From the NCBI GenBank assembly GCA_964019335.1, contig OZ025737.1:248001-312000 (forward strand): a stretch of 64,000 nt of DNA. The letters are read 5' to 3'. Made by a program: the position numbers and the translations under genes. Positions 36,449-49,489 of the stretch are shown here, piece after piece. The notes beneath the pieces are model-generated. The model ran no database searches. It was given only the letters and a program-made list of their open reading frames with translations, and was not told the DNA's origin. Origin of the DNA: Diplonema japonicum. Taxonomy: Eukaryota; Protista; Euglenozoa: Diplonemea. The stretch's first letter is position 1, and every line of letters begins with the position of its first letter.

Positions 36449-36616
36449 GAACAAAAAAAAAACAAGACTAAACTGAAGGAGCAGGGGAGAGGGGGGAGGG
36501 AGGGGGGAGAAACAAAAAAGAAAAAGGACGAAAGCGGGAAAAAAAGAAAGAAAAAAAAGCCCAGCAATTTCTTTATAGAAAGAAAGAAGGGAAAAAAAAA
36601 AAGAGTCAACTTCCAA

Positions 36617-39600
36617 ATGTCGCACGCAGCGAAGTGCAGTGGGCTGCTGCTACTGCTAGTGTTAGTGGTGAAGGGGAACGAGGAAAGCGCATGCGACAGG
36701 GCTCGGCTGCCGCACGACTTGGACATTCTAACGTACGCAGAGAGAGAGCGAACGAAAGAAGAAATTCACTTAACCGGGGAGTACAGACTGTACAGGGACG
36801 AGGCGGCCCCTGGCGGCGGCATCGTGCACACCATGCAGCTTTGTAAAAAATGCACTGCTGACGCTCACTTCCGATTCTCTGTGACCCCCCATGACCAATT
36901 CGACTTTGTACTGACCCTTCGGGACGGGACAGGAGAGCCCCTCATGACTTCACAGGCGGGTGGGAAGACAGTATCAAAGACCATCTCTTACCTCCTCAAG
37001 CAAGGCGGCACCTATGATCTGGACATCTGGTATGACAGCGAGCCTGTCGAGTGCGCTGCTGTGTTCATCGAGCTTGCCATGAAAGAAGGCACCATCACGG
37101 ACAACTTTTGCCACGTGGGTGTTCCCCCCACCGACGACGACAAGCGTCCCATAGCCTTCGACTTCTCCAACACCAAAAACCCTGAGAAGTTCTATAGCTT
37201 CGAGACCAGCATGGCGCACCCCCGTCCCACCGCCGCTGGCTGGGACATCGACTTCACAGGGTTCCCCCTTGTCGCCCCTGTCCTCCCAGGACACGACGGG
37301 CAGTGGCGCTTCCGCTTCGACCTCCGTACTGAGTTCATTTCCGGCGGTGATTTAACAGCGTTCGTCTCCAACCGAGAGACGCGTCCCGAGCTCAACGAGT
37401 GCAACAAGGAGGGTACGGTGTGCGCATTCGGTGCTCGTGGTCGTTGGAAGAACATGTACTCCATCGACATGACAATCCGCAGCGGTACCAAGTGGTACGT
37501 CCACTTCTTCAGGCTGGTGTCGGAGGAGGACAAGGCGATCGAGGAGGGGGAAAAGATCGTACCCCCGTGTGTGCGCTACTGGTTCAAGGCACAGTTGCGT
37601 GCTGAAACCTTGCAGGAGAACTTCATGTCGTGCGACGCGGAGCCGCTGCCATTGAGCCTGAACCACCCTGGGTACTACGACGACCGCACAGGCGAGATGG
37701 CACTGGACATGGAACTGCTGCTCTCGACGGTCTCCACCTCGCAGACTGCCACCATCAGGCCTAGTTTCAATTCCATCTTCAAGCTGACTGTCTCCCATGA
37801 GACCATTGATGTTGACGTCTGGCTATTCAAAGGGACAAACCAGATCGCCACTTCGGAGGGCATCCTCAAGCCAGAGGGCATCACGGCCCGTCTCGAGGCA
37901 AACACGGACTATCATGTGGCGGTGTCGCACAACTTCGACTACATCCGGTTCGAGGACGGTTGGAAGCCCAACTGCAACAGAGCGCTTCTCAGGATGGAGA
38001 TTGCGAAAGAAGACAACGTGCCGTGCAGCGAGGGCAACATCTTGCCCACCTTGAAAATCACACATGAGATGGACTACAAGAGCGAGCAACAGGAGTTCAT
38101 CTTCAACTATGGTGCCTCTACCGTCACGGACGGCGAACAGGAAGTCATCAAAGCATGGGACTTCGAGTTGCAATCTGAACGCCTCCTCCAGCTGTCCATC
38201 CCGCACGACTACGTGCGTGGTGAGGTGGCTGCCACACTGACCACCCTGCATTCTTTGGAGGTGCAGGTCACGCAATTCATATTTTACTCTGACTCCAACC
38301 TACCATACAACACGGAGACCACGAAGAACCGCGACATCAATCTCGAGGTGACTTGCAAGGAGTGTGCCCCTTCGTTCGGAGAGGGTCCCGAAAATGTTAT
38401 CTCTCCCGACGCAAGCACAAAGTGGTTGTCCTTCACCAAGGCACCGCTCGTCTTTGACTTTCACCAGAACGTTACCATCTCGAAGTACCAGTTCAAGACC
38501 GGAAATGACTACGAGAACCGTGACCCGGTGCAGTGGGAGATATGGGGGTCCGACACAGAGGACTGGCTGAAGGACGGCGAGCTTCTTCAGAAGCAGGACA
38601 CAAACTTCGCCACCCCACTGCTTCGCAAGCACCCCACCCCCATGATAGAGCTGTCCCGACCGCAGACCTTCAGGTACTTCGTGTTCAGAGTGACGGAGAC
38701 CAGGGACTACCTAGAGGGGAGGGATATCACATATGCCGACTCTGACTTGGATGGCACCTTCCTGAGCAAAGTGCTGCCGCTGGGGAGGTACAGGCTCGCC
38801 CTGACAACGGGGTGGGGCAGAGTGTATCCCAAGGTCGACAATAGCGGGATTCCAAAGTGCGTTAACTTCGGGATGTCCTTGTTGGTGACGGAGAGCAGGT
38901 GCGAGCTGAAGAGGCTGCCAAGCCACTTGGGCGTGATCGCCAGCAGGGCATACCTGTTCGGTGAATACAGAGTGCCGCCCACAAAGGTGTGGTCCATCCA
39001 CTTTGAGGTGACCAAGCCGTCCATGCTGAACCTCGATGTGGTCAGCGGTGCTGTGAACGTGTCGTCCATCGTGCTGCAGAACAAGGACGGTGCCGCTGCA
39101 GGGTCGGAGGATTACTACAAGAACGGGCTCCACTGGATGATGTCGAAGTTGGAAGCGACGAACTACACGCTGACTTTCAACTTCGCAGGTGAGGTGCATG
39201 CGTGCGATAACATGAACTTGCAGGTGAGCATCATGGAGCTCCCGTCGAGCACAGGCAAGTCCGCAGACGCGCCTGATATACGCAAAATGAAGATCAACGG
39301 CGACGACGGTATGGTGAAGTTGCCCTTCACTCTTAACGTGGTGTACCAGTACGGCGTCGATAAGCAGGACCACTTCCACCACGAGATGCACCTCATGGAA
39401 CCTGCTGAAATTCGCATACTCATCACCTTCAACTTCGAATTTCTTCACGTCTATGTCGACATCTGCCAGTGCAGTGACAGGAAGTACGCCAAGTGCTTCG
39501 ACTGCGGGAAGGCCAGGGGGTACTCCGTCTTCAACGGGAACCACCTTGAGGCGCAGACCCTCCCTGCGGGGTATTACATCGTGAAATTCTACGAAACGAC

Positions 39601-42600
39601 GTACTCTGAGGACCTTTTGAACAAGGTGTCGTACTACAACAAGTTCGCTGTCAACATTAACATCGAAGCGCAGGACAAGCAGGCGGAAGACCAGATCATG
39701 TGTGGCCACCAGCCCCTCCCCTCGCACTTGAATGGCCCTGGCATGATCGACGAGCATTCGTTGGAGAAGAACACACTGCACACCATTGCGGAGGCTCTCG
39801 TCCCTGAGCCTGTCCCGGGCAGTTCAGTCAGGACGAGCGACACCTTCTTCGAGGTGCACACGTTGTCCATCTTCCGCATGTGGGTCCCCCTCAAGAAGGG
39901 TCTCAAGACCGCTGCAAGACTCGTCAAAATGGAGTCCGACCGCCCCGAACCTGAGGACCACACATGGCCTGCCGGCAGCACTCCTGGTGTTGGTGTTGTC
40001 AAAAATGATGGCGAGGCGCTGTACCATGTGCTCAAGAAAGGGCACTACAAGTTCAGTCTGACCTTCACTACCGACCTGTCGCTGGACTGCATCACGTACG
40101 ACATCGAGCTTTCCCTGACGCCCATCGACGGCAAGAAGGCAGGCTCCTTCAATACAACGTGCCCCAAGGACTCTTTCTTTCCCAACGTATGTTATGATGG
40201 CAACGTTCACCTTTAACAGGAGCTTAATTCGAGGGGTCACGACTTCAAGACGCGGTCCATCCCCGACCTGGGTGAGGACAAGAAACCATCGGGGAACAGG
40301 TTCAGGGTATGGCAAAAGAAATAAATAAAAATAACTTTCCTCGTGTGACCATGAGGCGCTCTGGGCACAACCGTATTTGTTCTTGTGTGCGATGGACTTC
40401 ATCTGCCATCACGCTCGGAACTCCCGCCTCTGGAAGTGTTTCGAACATATCTGGTGATCTGTTCTCGAAAAAACCACTGAGAGCCATGGCCCATTGTCTT
40501 GTAGTCTGTTGTATTACACATTTCACACCCACAGCATATCATCCCCTTTGAGATCACGTCCATGCAGGGAGGCAGGGTTGACATCGACCTCGTCAGCACG
40601 TTCGAGTCAGGTGGGCTCACAGCTGAGGTATGTAGAAGGCGAGCAAAATAAAAAAAAAAAAAAATGCAGGTGAGGGACGCAACATCGAAGGAAACGGTGC
40701 TGTATCCCATTAGGTACCTGCACAGAGACTTCATCCAGCAGGACCTGTACATGGGCAGCTACGAGCTTGTGGTGCAGGATATGGCGTCACAGGCGGAGAA
40801 CATAGAGGTGGTCAATGTGGTGACTGGAGTGAGTGAAGTGAAGGCCATGTGCAACAGATACAGCATCCATCTGAGGTACGACGACTACAAAGACGAATCG
40901 TGCACACTGCATGCGGTCGACGGCCCCCCCGAAGAAGCCATCTCCAACTACGAAACAACGCACAAGATCGACTACTACAAATATATGCGATTCCCAACCG
41001 AAACTCAAAGCATCGAATTGGACTTCAAGGTTTCAACCCCAGGCACCGTCTTCAAGGTCTGGACCCGCTCTTTCCCTAGTCTCATCACTGTTTCCGTCTT
41101 GCTGAACGGGATGGAGGAGTACTCCGGGTATGCTTGCGTGACACACAATTCATTTCACACCTCCTAGGAGCGCCACAGGTGGGCTCAGCACCATCGTGAA
41201 CAAGCCCGGTTCCTACACATTGCTCCTTTACTTCGTTACAGAGATTGAGGAGTTTGATCTTGATGCATCATTGGCGTGTGATGAAAAGGTCCTTTATGAG
41301 ACCTACGATCTTGCCATAGGGGTATGACAACCTTGCTTCATACACATTGCACAGTACTATGCGAATGCCTTGTCCCAGGGTTTGTTAGGGGTTCCTTCAT
41401 GCAGTGATATTCCTGCGCCCCCCACCGAGCTCACTCTAACAACTGCTCTCCCCGGTGCTGTGTCCAGCCACTTCCAGCTCGCTGCCAACAAGCAGTTGGA
41501 GTACTCCCACACTGTGAAGCTGCAGGTCGCCGAAACCCTGAAAGGTATGGCCACAACCGTCCGCACCATGTCATTCACCACAGGCGGTCACTTCTACGTT
41601 GTGTTCAAGTGGAACTGGTACGTGGCCGACGCAAGGTATGCTAGCCAACAGGTCCCTTTGACCAACACACTCACTCACAGCATCGTGCTGAAGCACTTAG
41701 AAGACGACACGATCCTCTTCGAGCCTTCGATGGTGGTCGACACCACTCAGGAGGAAGGGTACACATCTGCGATGCGCATCCAGGGCGAGATCATGCGTGA
41801 GGGTGACTACCAGCTAGAGATCACAGGCACCACCGTAGAGCCCAGGTCCTGCTTCACATTCTACCTGTCTGCGCTGGCAACGCCCATAGATTCGGAGGCC
41901 CACATCGAGGTAGTGGACCCATGGGAGGCGAAGGACGTGATCCCTGTGGAACCCTTGGTCGTGCGTTTGGTGCTGTCTGTGCCTGCCCAGCCTTCTGATG
42001 TGCGCGCTAAGAAGTTCGCATACTTGGAAGACCAAGCAGGCAACAAGGTGCCCCCTTCGCGTGTCACCTACGACACGTCGCCCACTGTCCTCAGGGTGGA
42101 GTTCCCTGTTACTTATGATAAGACGTACTCGCTTAAGCTGGCCGCTTCGCAGTTGAAGACATCTTCTGGATCGGCATTCTCGTCGGCCAGGGTGGACAAG
42201 AAGCAGCTGAAGTACACGACGAGCACCTGCTCATGCATCGACAGCATCCACTGTGCGTGGGGGAGTCCGTGTGGGGTGGCGGGGTGCACCTGCAGGACAT
42301 GCCCTGAAGGCGCTTTGCCTATCACAGCGAGCAGAACAACGTGCAAGAAGGACGAAGGGAACGGGACACCAGAGCCAACATCGAAGATTATGCCGACAGC
42401 ACCGCCCACACGTGCTCCAGCCACACTGGCACCACCGGTAGTGAAGACACCAGCAGACTCAACATCTAGCGGTAGTAGTGGTGGTAGTAATGGTGGTAGT
42501 AACGGTGGTAGCAGTGACGGTGGCAGTGACAACAGTGACAGTGGTAAAGTACCTGTGAAGCCACCGCATGAAAGTGATGGTGGGAGCAAAGGGAGCGGGA

Positions 42601-42989
42601 AGGCATGGGTGATTGTGTTCGTGCTGCTGCTGCTGATGGGCGGGTTGGTGTTCCTTGCCCACAAGAAGGGCTTCGTGAGCATCCCGTGCCTCTCCCGGGA
42701 CCCGGGGCCTAGAATGGTACGTATGGCAGATGACTCCCTCTTCATGGATGAGGATGATGATGAGGAGGAGCCTGTGGGCGCGGGGGATGAGGACGGCGAA
42801 GGCGGTCAGCCTATGCTTGAGATTCGGGATCAAGATGAAGTGGTGGAAAACGAAACCGAACAACCAGAGCCCCCGCAGCCTGAGCCTTCTCAGCCAGAGC
42901 CCACTCCTCAGCCTCCCGTCTCAGAGTCGGACCCCTTTGCGGGGCTTGATTTCAGTGCACCTGCCCCCGCACCTCGGGCAGAACCGTGA
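36617..42989 (+). CDS. ~1998-aa type I membrane/surface protein (signal peptide, beta-sandwich repeats, F5/8-type C/CBM32-like domain, Cys-rich segment, P/T/G/S stalk, TM, acidic tail); 6 exons
   Basis: Introns 40187-40219, 40307-40534, 40628-40669, 41128-41167 and 41322-41354 (all GTATG...AG) join ORFs 36617, 40664 and 41370 in frame (5997 coding nt). TM AWVIVFVLLLLMGGLVFLA. Confidence 0.8.
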
Positions 42990-43621
42990 GTGAGCTACAG
43001 ATGTAGGGAAGTGGGGTTTTTTTTTTTGATAGTGTGTTTTTCTCTTTTTTTATTTATTTATTCATCCGCCCATCGCGGGGGGTTTTCTGCCCTCTTTTTT
43101 CTCTCTCTCTTTTGTTTTCTCGTTTTTATGTTGTTTTCTTCTTCCTCTTCCGCCTATCTTTTTTTCTTTGCGCCCCCCTCACCCGAGAATCAGATGTGGA
43201 ACAAAGAAGGGAGAAGTGAAAGAATGCAAGAAAAAAAAAAAGAGATCCAAAAAAAGAAGGGTATACAGACCCCGTGATGATTATTTACTTTCAAAAAGTA
43301 GGGAGGGGTGGGGGGGGGGATTTTTTATTTTACGGGAGGCTGTCCTCAAGTCTTTTTTTTTTTTTGTTCCTCGTTCAATTCTCAGTTTTCTTTTTTACTT
43401 TTTTTTTTGAGTAGAAATGATTCTGTCGTTAGCCTACCGTGATCTTTAGCGGCATACAAGGGTGTTTTTTCTTTGTTTTAATTTTTTGATTTTTTTTTCC
43501 CCCCCCTTTTGATCACCAAATAAATTCTCTCTTTAGCCCTTTTTTTTTTTGTTTTTTCGTTTTCGGGTGGCAGAATCGTTTATTTTTATTTTTATTTTTA
43601 TTTTTATTTTTATTTTTATTT

Positions 43622-43790
43622 TTACGCGAGCCAGCCGGGGAATCCAAGACAAGCCGAGGGCCCTGTTGGTGCAAAGAGTACCTGCTGGAGGTGGTCACGC
43701 TGAGGGCTGCGGCGGTGGATGCGAACTGCAGACGCAGGCATACCGTGATGGTGAGCGCAAAAACGCATACCTTAATTAAAAGAATGTTTT
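43622..43790 (+). pseudogene. GC-rich island, possible RCC1-repeat-like fragment sharing its 3' end with the 17.2-17.6 kb cargo
   Basis: Translates ...LEVVTLRAAAVDANCRRRHTVMVS; ends CGCATACCTTAATTAAAAGAAT + poly-T, versus CGCATACCTTAAAAGAAT + poly-T at ~17580. Confidence 0.35.
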
Positions 43791-44174
43791 TCTTTCTTTT
43801 TTTTTTTTTTTTTTTTTTTTTAATCTGACAAGCCCTCCGTTTTCTATCTGGACAAACACGGAAAAGAACTTTTGAGATTTTTTTTTCTTTTACTTTTTTT
43901 TGAGTATTTTATTTTGCAAGAACAAGTCTTTGACTTATCTTTTTTTTTTTTAGAAAAAAGAAAAAAAAAAAAAAAAAAGAGAACAAAAAAAGTAAGGTAG
44001 TAGCGTGTGTTAACCCCCCCTCATGGTTTTCTGACAAACATGTGAAGAAACCAAAAGCCAAAAAAAAAAAAAGAATTTCTTTCTTACTTTTTTTTTTTCC
44101 ACTCATCCATTTTTCTTATGCACAACGTAATACATATTTTTTTTTTCTCTTTTTATCCCTATCGGTTTTGGTTG

Positions 44175-44211
<37 letters not shown>

Positions 44212-44269
44212 CTTCCCTTTTTCTCCCCCCACAAAAAAAAAGTAAACAAAAAAAAGAGGGGGAAAAAAA

Positions 44270-45115
44270 ATGGAAAAGCACCTTCACGTGTACGTATGCG
44301 ACGCACCGAAGAATATTACAAACGATAAGCTAAAATCCATTTTCAGAGGGGTGGCAAAAATAGTAGAGGGGGGTTGCACGGTGGGGACGAGCAAAGGTGC
44401 GGTGACACGGGTTGTGTTCAAAGATGTGATCGAGGCCGTGGCGGGGGGGGTCCTCTCGAGCGAGGGCGTGGAAGGGATGCGCTGCTTCGTCGATAAACGA
44501 ACCGCAAAACAACACAGGGGGAAATGGGTGTGGGTGAGAAACCTTGCAGAGGTCACCGCTGAACAAACCCTCAGCGAGCACTTCTCAAAATTCGGCAAAA
44601 TACAAACCGTAGTCCACAGGATTGACGGCCACAACGACGAGGCAGCAGTTCAGTACGAATATGACGCAGAAGCACATAACTGCATCCATGTTCCCTTGGA
44701 CCATGAAATCGATGAATGTATATTAACAGTAGCCCCGCTGCCCTCTGAAAAACTCAGAACCATCGATCAAATTCCGAGCAAACGCCCTCGTCTGGCAGCA
44801 CCGGCACCCAAGTCTTCTGCACAAGGTTACAAGGGGCCCAACTCCGTTCAATGCCTGTCCCTATGCTCCGACTTCACCGTGGTGGTTCCACGCCTCCCCC
44901 TGTCCACCTCTCATTCAGTTCTCCAGTCGATTTTCTCCGGGTACGGTGCAGTGAGCCACATTGGGGTTTATGATGGGATTTTCCATGTAGAATTTTCAAG
45001 CAAAGAGGCTGCAGCCTTCACCGCCGACATCGGCTTCACACACTGCGAGGGGGTTACATACAAGGTCCTCACGTTGCAACAGCACGAGTCAAGCGGCAAT
45101 TCAAAAAGGGGTTGA
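44270..45115 (+). CDS. RRM-domain RNA-binding protein (2-3 degenerate RRMs)
   Basis: VWVRNLAEVTAEQTLSEHFSKFGKI; VVVPRLP...LQSIFSGYGAV...FHVEFSSKEAA. Confidence 0.75.
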   Translation: MEKHLHVYVCDAPKNITNDKLKSIFRGVAKIVEGGCTVGTSKGAVTRVVFKDVIEAVAGGVLSSEGVEGMRCFVDKRTAKQHRGKWVWVRNLAEVTAEQTLSEHFSKFGKIQTVVHRIDGHNDEAAVQYEYDAEAHNCIHVPLDHEIDECILTVAPLPSEKLRTIDQIPSKRPRLAAPAPKSSAQGYKGPNSVQCLSLCSDFTVVVPRLPLSTSHSVLQSIFSGYGAVSHIGVYDGIFHVEFSSKEAAAFTADIGFTHCEGVTYKVLTLQQHESSGNSKRG

Positions 45116-45197
45116 AAAAAAATTTTTTTTTTATTTTGTTCGGTGTAAAAGGTATTACAAATGAGGCGGGGGGAGGGGGGGTCAAAAAAAAAGAGAT

Positions 45198-45905
45198 ATG
45201 CAAAACCCCGATGAGGTCAACCCCGCCCATCCAGAGTTTTGGGACACATTTTACGAAACAGGAGAAGGGAGCACCGGGACCTACGAATGGTTCATGGACT
45301 GGAATGGGTACAAACACCTTGTCGAGGCGATTCCAAAGTCGCCAGGAATGAACGTTCTGCACATTGGGTGCGGGAACTCAACATTCCCCGAGAGGATGAA
45401 GGACGGGTGGAAGGAGCCCTTCAATGCCACCATCCTGAGTGTCGACATCTGCAAGAACGTGATCGAGGATATGAAGAAAAACTGCGGGGCGAAAAAGAAA
45501 TCTGCGAAGACGAAGAAGGGTAAGGGTTCTGTTTCCCTTCAATGGCAAGTGATGGACTGCTGCAAACTGGACCTTCCCGACGAATCGCAAGAAGTGGTAT
45601 TCGACAAAGGTACCGTCGATGCTCTGCTGTCGCAGTGCGACGAGCACACCGAAGCGGAGGGGAATAGTAATGTCTTCTTGTACTTTCGCGAGGTGTACCG
45701 GGTTTTGAAGCCGAAAGGCACTTTTTTGCTGATCACGATCAACTCCCCCGAGGTTATCTTCCCATACGCCATGGCGGCAGATGGCGGGTTGGACCTGAAC
45801 TGGTCCATTGACACCAGCACCATTGAAAAGCCACACCACAGCAAGGATGCCATTGTGCACAGCCACGGTGGGCACAACACCGCATTCACTTTGATCAAAG
45901 AGTAG
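45198..45905 (+). CDS. Class I SAM methyltransferase, METTL13/EEF1AKMT4-like
   Basis: FWDTFY...TYEWF, VLHIGCGNS, VDI, MDC, VFDKGTVDAL, RVLKPKG. Confidence 0.9.
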   Translation: MQNPDEVNPAHPEFWDTFYETGEGSTGTYEWFMDWNGYKHLVEAIPKSPGMNVLHIGCGNSTFPERMKDGWKEPFNATILSVDICKNVIEDMKKNCGAKKKSAKTKKGKGSVSLQWQVMDCCKLDLPDESQEVVFDKGTVDALLSQCDEHTEAEGNSNVFLYFREVYRVLKPKGTFLLITINSPEVIFPYAMAADGGLDLNWSIDTSTIEKPHHSKDAIVHSHGGHNTAFTLIKE

Positions 45906-45957
45906 GTTTTTTTTTTTTTTTTTTTTTTTGTGTTCTTGATTTTTGAAAAACGGGGAA

Positions 45958-45990
<33 letters not shown>

Positions 45991-46010
45991 GGGAGGAGGA
46001 GGGGCTCCCA

Positions 46011-46484
46011 ATGTCACGCACACAAACACTGTCAGGGAGCAGCTCGTGGATGACCCCGCGAAGCTCTAGGTGTTCAAGCGCTTCGTCTACAAAGGTTAGG
46101 CTGAGAAAACTAGAACGCATGCTTGAGGACGAAAGGACAGCACGGCAGGAAGCGGAGAAAAAGGTCAAACGTCTTGTGAGCGAAAAACGGCGGCAGGAAG
46201 ACGCAGCACAGAAAGGAACAGATGCTCAAGCGCACCTGCAAAGGGTGCTCAGCAGCATCAGCGAAGTTCTAAAACGGCCCGAGAACACCACTCTTCTCAG
46301 AAGACCAACTTTAGCCGACCACATAAAGCAGAGACAGCTCCCGAGGGAACGGCCCACCTCCTTCCTCGACTCGTTGGCTTCTAGTGACGAGAGTAATCCC
46401 AATAACACTATTCGAACCAACTACTGTCTAGACCATAAGGGGGCTTTGCACTTCCGTTCATTGACTACAGCTAAAGCAGTTTGA
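46011..46484 (+). CDS. Small coiled-coil hypothetical protein
   Basis: 157-aa ORF with coding-like composition; RLRKLERMLEDERTARQEAEKKV. Confidence 0.65.
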   Translation: MSRTQTLSGSSSWMTPRSSRCSSASSTKVRLRKLERMLEDERTARQEAEKKVKRLVSEKRRQEDAAQKGTDAQAHLQRVLSSISEVLKRPENTTLLRRPTLADHIKQRQLPRERPTSFLDSLASSDESNPNNTIRTNYCLDHKGALHFRSLTTAKAV

Positions 46485-46746
46485 GAATCCCCCCCTCCCC
46501 CTCCAGCCCGATTCCAATACGTTTGGCGATTCTTTTTTTACAAGAAGAAGTAATTTTTTTCCCCCCCTTTCCTTATTCATTTTGTTTTTCCTAAGTCGGA
46601 AATTGTCAAAAAAGAAAATATATCTACCACAGGGTGAAAGAAATAGATTCAAAAAAGAAAAAAAAAAACTAGAACAAAAAAAAAAATAATAACCACTTCT
46701 CTTCACCTCCTCGCAATTCCTTTTCTGCACTCAACTCCCTTGGTGC

Positions 46747-48050
46747 ATGCCAAAGACTGGAAGTGGGATGCCTTTGCCATTCGAGACCGCTGTGCCACCT
46801 ACTCCTCCTAGCCAAATCATCCACGAGGTGCCAGTGTCACCTAGCATATGGAGTGACAATGGAGGTGTTGGGGACGACAAGCAGTGGGACGCACTGTCGA
46901 GGAACCTGAGGTTCAGCGACGCGCAGGAAATACCAGGTATTCCACAACCAATTACTCACACTAAACACCCCAACATACACCATCACAGCCCAATGCACAG
47001 CCCCAACCCCAGCACCTACACCCATGAAGCAGATCGGGAGGCAGCCAGTCAACGATGACGATGATGTATGCAAAATATTAAAAAAGAAATATTTTTGATT
47101 TTTTTTTCCCCCTTCCCACAGCCCAACCAGCTTATGAGCCAGCTCGCCCGCCTTCTAGAAACTAGCCCCATTGGGGGTGTTGATGATGCGGTGCCGGACC
47201 TCATCATCAGGGCGGATGAGGGAAAGAAGGAGAGCAGCATGCTTCAGAATTTTCTCACACCCCACGCTGAACCGCCCACACCTTTCACGACACCTATGAA
47301 GACGCTGCATTCTGTGAACGGGACGCCAAGCAAGGTGGCGAGGGATGTGTTCGCCATGCCGCCGTTGGTACCTTTTGAAGAGCAGGGTTTTGTGCAGCAG
47401 GCGCCGCCTCCGCCGCCTCCCTTGTTCAACGTGCACGTTCCTCAGCAACAAGTGTATCATCACCCACCACCACCCGTAGTCATGGAACCTCCACCGCTTC
47501 TTGCCCGACAGCCCCGTATTGCCACGCTTACACTGCAAGGACCGCTTGTTCCCGTTGTCGTTGAGTTCAAGAACGGCCGTACGCTTCAGTTTGACGCGCC
47601 TTCCAACATCAACACTCTTAAGGACCGAACTTACGTGATTGTCAAAGGAGATAGAGGGGAGCATGTAGGGAAGGTACACATCGACACTGGGCGCACGCAG
47701 TACAAGCAGGAATCGCAAGGGCAGGTTTTGCGGGTGGCGTCGCAGGAGGAGCTGAACCAGTTGGCGCAGCACGGTGCTATGGAGGAGGAGGCGCTTGCTA
47801 CTTGCTATGCGAAAATTCAGGAAGCTGGTCTTGTCATGGACCTTTGCTATGCGGAATATCAGTTGGATATGAAGAAGCTGACGTTTTTTTACAAGGTAAG
47901 TGGGGAAGGAGAATGGGGAGAAGGGGGAAAAAAAAAAAAAAAAAAAAAAAAAACCCACAGTCGGACGCTCGACAGGATTTTAGAGATTTAATTAGAGACC
48001 TGTACAAGCTATACCGCGCTAGAATATGGATGGAAAAACTTAGAGATTAA
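46747..48050 (+). CDS. PSP1 C-terminal-domain protein (~376 aa); introns 46937-46988, 47066-47121, 47896-47960
   Basis: VVEFKNGR...YVIVKGDRGEHVGKV...AEYQLDMKKLTFFYK|SDARQDFRDLIRDLYKLYRARIWM matches the PSP1 signature once spliced. Confidence 0.88.
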
Positions 48051-49254
48051 AAAAAAAAAAGTTTTTTTTTTGATCCTTTTTATTTTTTTTATTTTTATAC
48101 TGTACACCTTCGTTTTTATTATTTTTTTTCTTCTTTCCCCTTTCTTCCACCCCCTGCCTTCTTCCCCCCCCCCCCCCCCCAGGCCCAACAACAGTTGCAT
48201 TGATATCAAAAAGAAGAAAAAGGGGGGGGAGGGGGCCAAGATAGATTGGAAAAGAAAAAAAGAAATAAAGGTTTAGTATTCTTTTCTTCCCTTTTTTCAA
48301 AAGAGTGATATAGTTCTTTTTTTTGTTCGTACCCGCCCCCCTTCCCCTTTTTTTTTACAAAAGAAAGCGTGGCCATAAGAGAGGTGGGAGGAAACAGGTA
48401 ATGCAAATGCACTCCTTACATTCTCCGATGGCATATCCCCCCTTTTTTTTCTGTTTCGGCTACTTCGGTTTTTTCATCCCCCATTTTCTTTTTTTTTTTT
48501 TTTTTTTTTGCTTTCTCTGGTTGCATCGGTTAACCTGTGGAAGGCTACCCGGATCATATTTCATTTCTTTATTTTACTTTCTCTCTTTTTTTTCTTTTCT
48601 TTTTGCTGCTTTCCACACATGCAGATTGAGCCTTTGCGAAAAAAGGGGGGGAAAAGGGAAGAAAGAAAATGGAGGCTCATCAAAAACAGTAAAAAAAAAG
48701 AGGGGGGGGAAGGGACCAACTTGTGCTAGTTGGCTATGGTGTTAAACTATTTTACTTTTCAATTTTTTTTTTCCCCTTCTTCCACCTTTTACTTTCTCTG
48801 AAACCGTAAAATGATGTTCTGAAAGTGCAGGGTTTTATACGCTTAGTAAAGCTTCTTTTTTTTTATTTCTTTTTTCTTCTCCTAATATAGACTTTTTCAA
48901 GGGAGGGAAAAAAAAGCGGGAAAAAAAAAAAGAACCCTGTGAACAAAAAGGCGGTTGAAGAGGGAGGGGGAAGAGACGCGTGGGGAAGAAAGAACATCAA
49001 GCAGCAAAAGAAAAAGAAAGAAAAGAGGGAAAAAAAAAAAAAAAAAAAAAAAATGGGGCCATCCAAGTGGGTGTTTTTATTTCTTAAAGAACATGAAAAT
49101 ATAAGAAAAATGAAACCAAAAAAAAAAAAGAAAAAAAAATACATTAAATAGACTCCTTTCCCTTTGTTTGTTCCCCCCCTCTTTTTCTTTGTCCCCCCCC
49201 ATGCGCGCTCTTTCAGCTACCTAACCAGGCTGATTTAGTATCATAAAAGGGATC

Positions 49255-49286
<32 letters not shown>

Positions 49287-49489
49287 GAGACGTTCAACAA
49301 ACATGCACACCAATTTCTTTTTATTTTTTTATTTTTTTTAAACCTCCCCTTTTTTTTTTTACAACACCCCCTAGACAGACTTTTTTTTTCCCCTTCATTT
49401 TTTTCCCACCCCCCTACCTTTTATTACTTTTACTCTTTCCCCCTCATCTTCCCCCCAGTCATTTTTTTTATAATTTTTCCATTCATTCA

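Noticed and set aside
40187-48050. Stop-codon reassignment or programmed frameshifting to explain broken ORFs
   Set aside because: Every break examined is resolved by a short canonical GT-AG intron; TAA, TAG and TGA all terminate genes normally.
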